DNA of 64,000 nucleotides from Nitrospirota bacterium (GTDB taxonomy: Bacteria > Nitrospirota > UBA9217), in contig CAWJQQ010000006.1 of assembly GCA_963845065.1 (NCBI GenBank), positions 1-64,000 of the forward strand, written 5' to 3'. The translations under genes and the position numbers were made by a program. Of the stretch, positions 62,073-64,000 are shown piece by piece. The first letter of the stretch is position 1, and the number at the start of each line of letters is the position of its first letter. The notes beneath the pieces were generated by a model that was not told the origin of the DNA, did not search any database, and was given only the letters and a program-made list of their open reading frames with translations.

Positions 62073-62336
62073 TTACGAGCGGTTCCTGTCATCATACTGC
62101 TTGGCACAGGTCTCGCTGCAAAACAGGCAGACTTTTCCGTTGATCCGCCGGGTCACCGCGCGACTCTTTACCACATAGGTGTGGCACTCAGGGTCTTGCA
62201 CCATCTCTTCTCCAGGAAGGACTGTGCTGCTGTGCCGTTCATCTGCGTAATATCCACGGACCGCAGAACGGAAAACGGCTTTTAGCGCATAGTATACAAA
62301 GAGAAGAACAAAAAAAATCAGCAGGCTTCGAATCAT
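62073..62336 (-). CDS. Small TRASH/YHS-domain membrane protein
   Basis: N-terminal TM; MVQDPECHTY..FCSETC. Confidence 0.8.
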   Translation of the reverse strand: MIRSLLIFFVLLFVYYALKAVFRSAVRGYYADERHSSTVLPGEEMVQDPECHTYVVKSRAVTRRINGKVCLFCSETCAKQYDDRNRS

Positions 62337-62908
62337 CTAGTTCCCTTCGGAATCTCCTTATGCAAGGTCTCTATATTGGATCTGATGGCATCAGCATAAG
62401 GAAAATTCGGTGCCTGCTTCAACAGCTCTTCCCAGATATGGATAGCGGCCAGATAATTCTTCTTGTCGTTCGCCAGGACGATCCCCATGTTGTATCGGGC
62501 ATTCAGGTGAGCCGGCTCATGCGCAAGTGCTATACGGTATTCAGCAAGTGCCCGGTCCGGCATGTTCATTTGTCGGTATGCTGTTCCCATGTCGGTGCGC
62601 ACGTCGGCATTACTAGGATCAATGCGCAGTGCATGCTCGTACATCGTAATCGCATCATTCCATCGCCCGCTGTCGAAATATGCATTCCCCATGGCGACCA
62701 GGGCAGCGAAATTATTTGGATCCTCAGAAAGGATTGTGCGATATTCCTCGATCAGACCATTATAGTCGGGACTTTGTGATTCGTCGAACTTTTTCGAGTG
62801 GTTTATCTCGGTAGTGACAGCATGTGGTTTCTTTTCCTCTATCCGATGGCACGCGATCAGAAGCGGCAGGGAGAGAACTGCCATGATAAAAACTTTTTTC
62901 ATCATCAT
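62333..62908 (-). CDS. Tetratricopeptide repeat lipoprotein
   Basis: LLIAC lipobox, GNAYFD, DMGTAY TPR motifs; start uncertain. Confidence 0.85.
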   Translation of the reverse strand: MMMKKVFIMAVLSLPLLIACHRIEEKKPHAVTTEINHSKKFDESQSPDYNGLIEEYRTILSEDPNNFAALVAMGNAYFDSGRWNDAITMYEHALRIDPSNADVRTDMGTAYRQMNMPDRALAEYRIALAHEPAHLNARYNMGIVLANDKKNYLAAIHIWEELLKQAPNFPYADAIRSNIETLHKEIPKGTR

Positions 62909-62993
62909 TAAACCTGTGGAATTCTTTACCATAAGACGGCGACAGCACCCTCCTCCGCGTTGATGGGACATCCAGAACCGTACACTCTTTCAG

Positions 62994-64000
62994 CTAATGC
63001 CGGAAGTGTCTCATCCCCGTCATGATCATGGCAATACCATGCTCTTCGGCTGCATTGATCACTTCTTCATCCTTCAGGGATCCGCCGGGCTGGATCACGG
63101 CCTTCACTCCTGCCTCGGCCGCTTCGTCAAGGCCGTCGCGAAATGGGAAAAAAGCATCGGAAGCCAGTACCGTCCCAATGAGCGGAAATTGCGCTTTAAT
63201 CTTTGCAATCCGAACGGAATCGAGACGGCTCATCTGGCCTGCTCCGATGCCAATTGTCCTGTCTTTGGTTGTGAACACGACGGCATTAGATTTCACGTGC
63301 TTACACACCTTCCATGCAAAGGAGAGAGCCTCATACTCGTCGTCAGTGGGATTCCGCTTCGTCGCCACGCGAAGAGCTTTCACGTCGGAGATCCTTCCTA
63401 GGTCGCGGTCCTGATAAATGAGACCGCCCACAATTTTTTTGAGGTCCATGCCCTCGGGCGTTCCCGTGACCGATGGGCCAATATCCAGAATCCGGACATC
63501 TTTTTTCTTCCGGAGTTCATCAAGAGCGTCCGGCGCAAACTCCGGCGCCACAACAACCTCTACAAAGGTCGCTGTCAACTCTTTCGCCGTATCATAGTCG
63601 ACCATGCGATTGAAGGCAATCACGCCGCCGAAAGCCGAAACCGGATCACAATCGCGTGCCTTTCGGTAAGCCTCGACGGGGGTAGGCGCCGTCGCAACAC
63701 CGCATGGATTGTTGTGTTTCACAATCACCGCTGCGGTTTGGCTATACTCCTTGGCGAGTTCGAGAGCGCTGTTCGCATCGAGGAAGTTATTGAACGACAT
63801 TTCCTTGCCTTGAAGTTGCTTGGCGCTGGACACAGAGGGTTCCTTGCGGCCAAACTCTCGGTAAAAAGCTCCCTGCTGATGCGGATTCTCACCATACCGT
63901 AGGTTTTGAATCTTTTCGAACTGAAGTGTCAGAATGTTCGGGAACCGCGTCTTTTCATCCGCCGGAACCTGGTTGTCAAGCCACGCCGAGATAGCGCTGT
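62994..64000 (-). CDS. purH: Bifunctional AICAR transformylase/IMP cyclohydrolase (5' end beyond window)
   Basis: LRYGENPHQ, KHNNPCG, KHVKSNA, SDAFFPF, MRHFRH. Confidence 0.97.
   Translation of the reverse strand, partial: SAISAWLDNQVPADEKTRFPNILTLQFEKIQNLRYGENPHQQGAFYREFGRKEPSVSSAKQLQGKEMSFNNFLDANSALELAKEYSQTAAVIVKHNNPCGVATAPTPVEAYRKARDCDPVSAFGGVIAFNRMVDYDTAKELTATFVEVVVAPEFAPDALDELRKKKDVRILDIGPSVTGTPEGMDLKKIVGGLIYQDRDLGRISDVKALRVATKRNPTDDEYEALSFAWKVCKHVKSNAVVFTTKDRTIGIGAGQMSRLDSVRIAKIKAQFPLIGTVLASDAFFPFRDGLDEAAEAGVKAVIQPGGSLKDEEVINAAEEHGIAMIMTGMRHFRH

Overview
Bacterial chromosomal window in two parts. The lineage is an inference only: gene content suggests an anaerobic Nitrospirota/Desulfobacterota-like organism. 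Bases 1-19190 form an accessory, mobile-element-rich region. It holds three IS110 transposase remnants (one interrupted by a group II intron with an intact RT), an intact IS256 with an 8-bp target duplication, a tyrosine recombinase + IS91-type transposase unit, HicAB, several degenerate attC-like hairpins after small cassette-like genes, an MFS exporter, methyltransferases and an acyltransferase. The region ends sharply at a Tn7-like transposon end (TGT terminus plus 19-bp TnsB-type repeats) 12 bp downstream of a ThDP-enzyme gene. Bases 19203-64000 are mostly housekeeping. They include a central-carbon cluster (aconitase, citrate synthase, SSA dehydrogenase, ALS-like/2-oxoglutarate-decarboxylase-like enzyme, GDH, malic enzyme, fumC, sdhCAB, GTP-PEPCK, two-subunit biotin carboxylase), a decayed tnpB element, an M16 peptidase, polX, an uncharacterised tandem kinase/pseudokinase-like protein, transaldolase and partial purH. 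All family calls come from motif recognition by eye; no searches were run.
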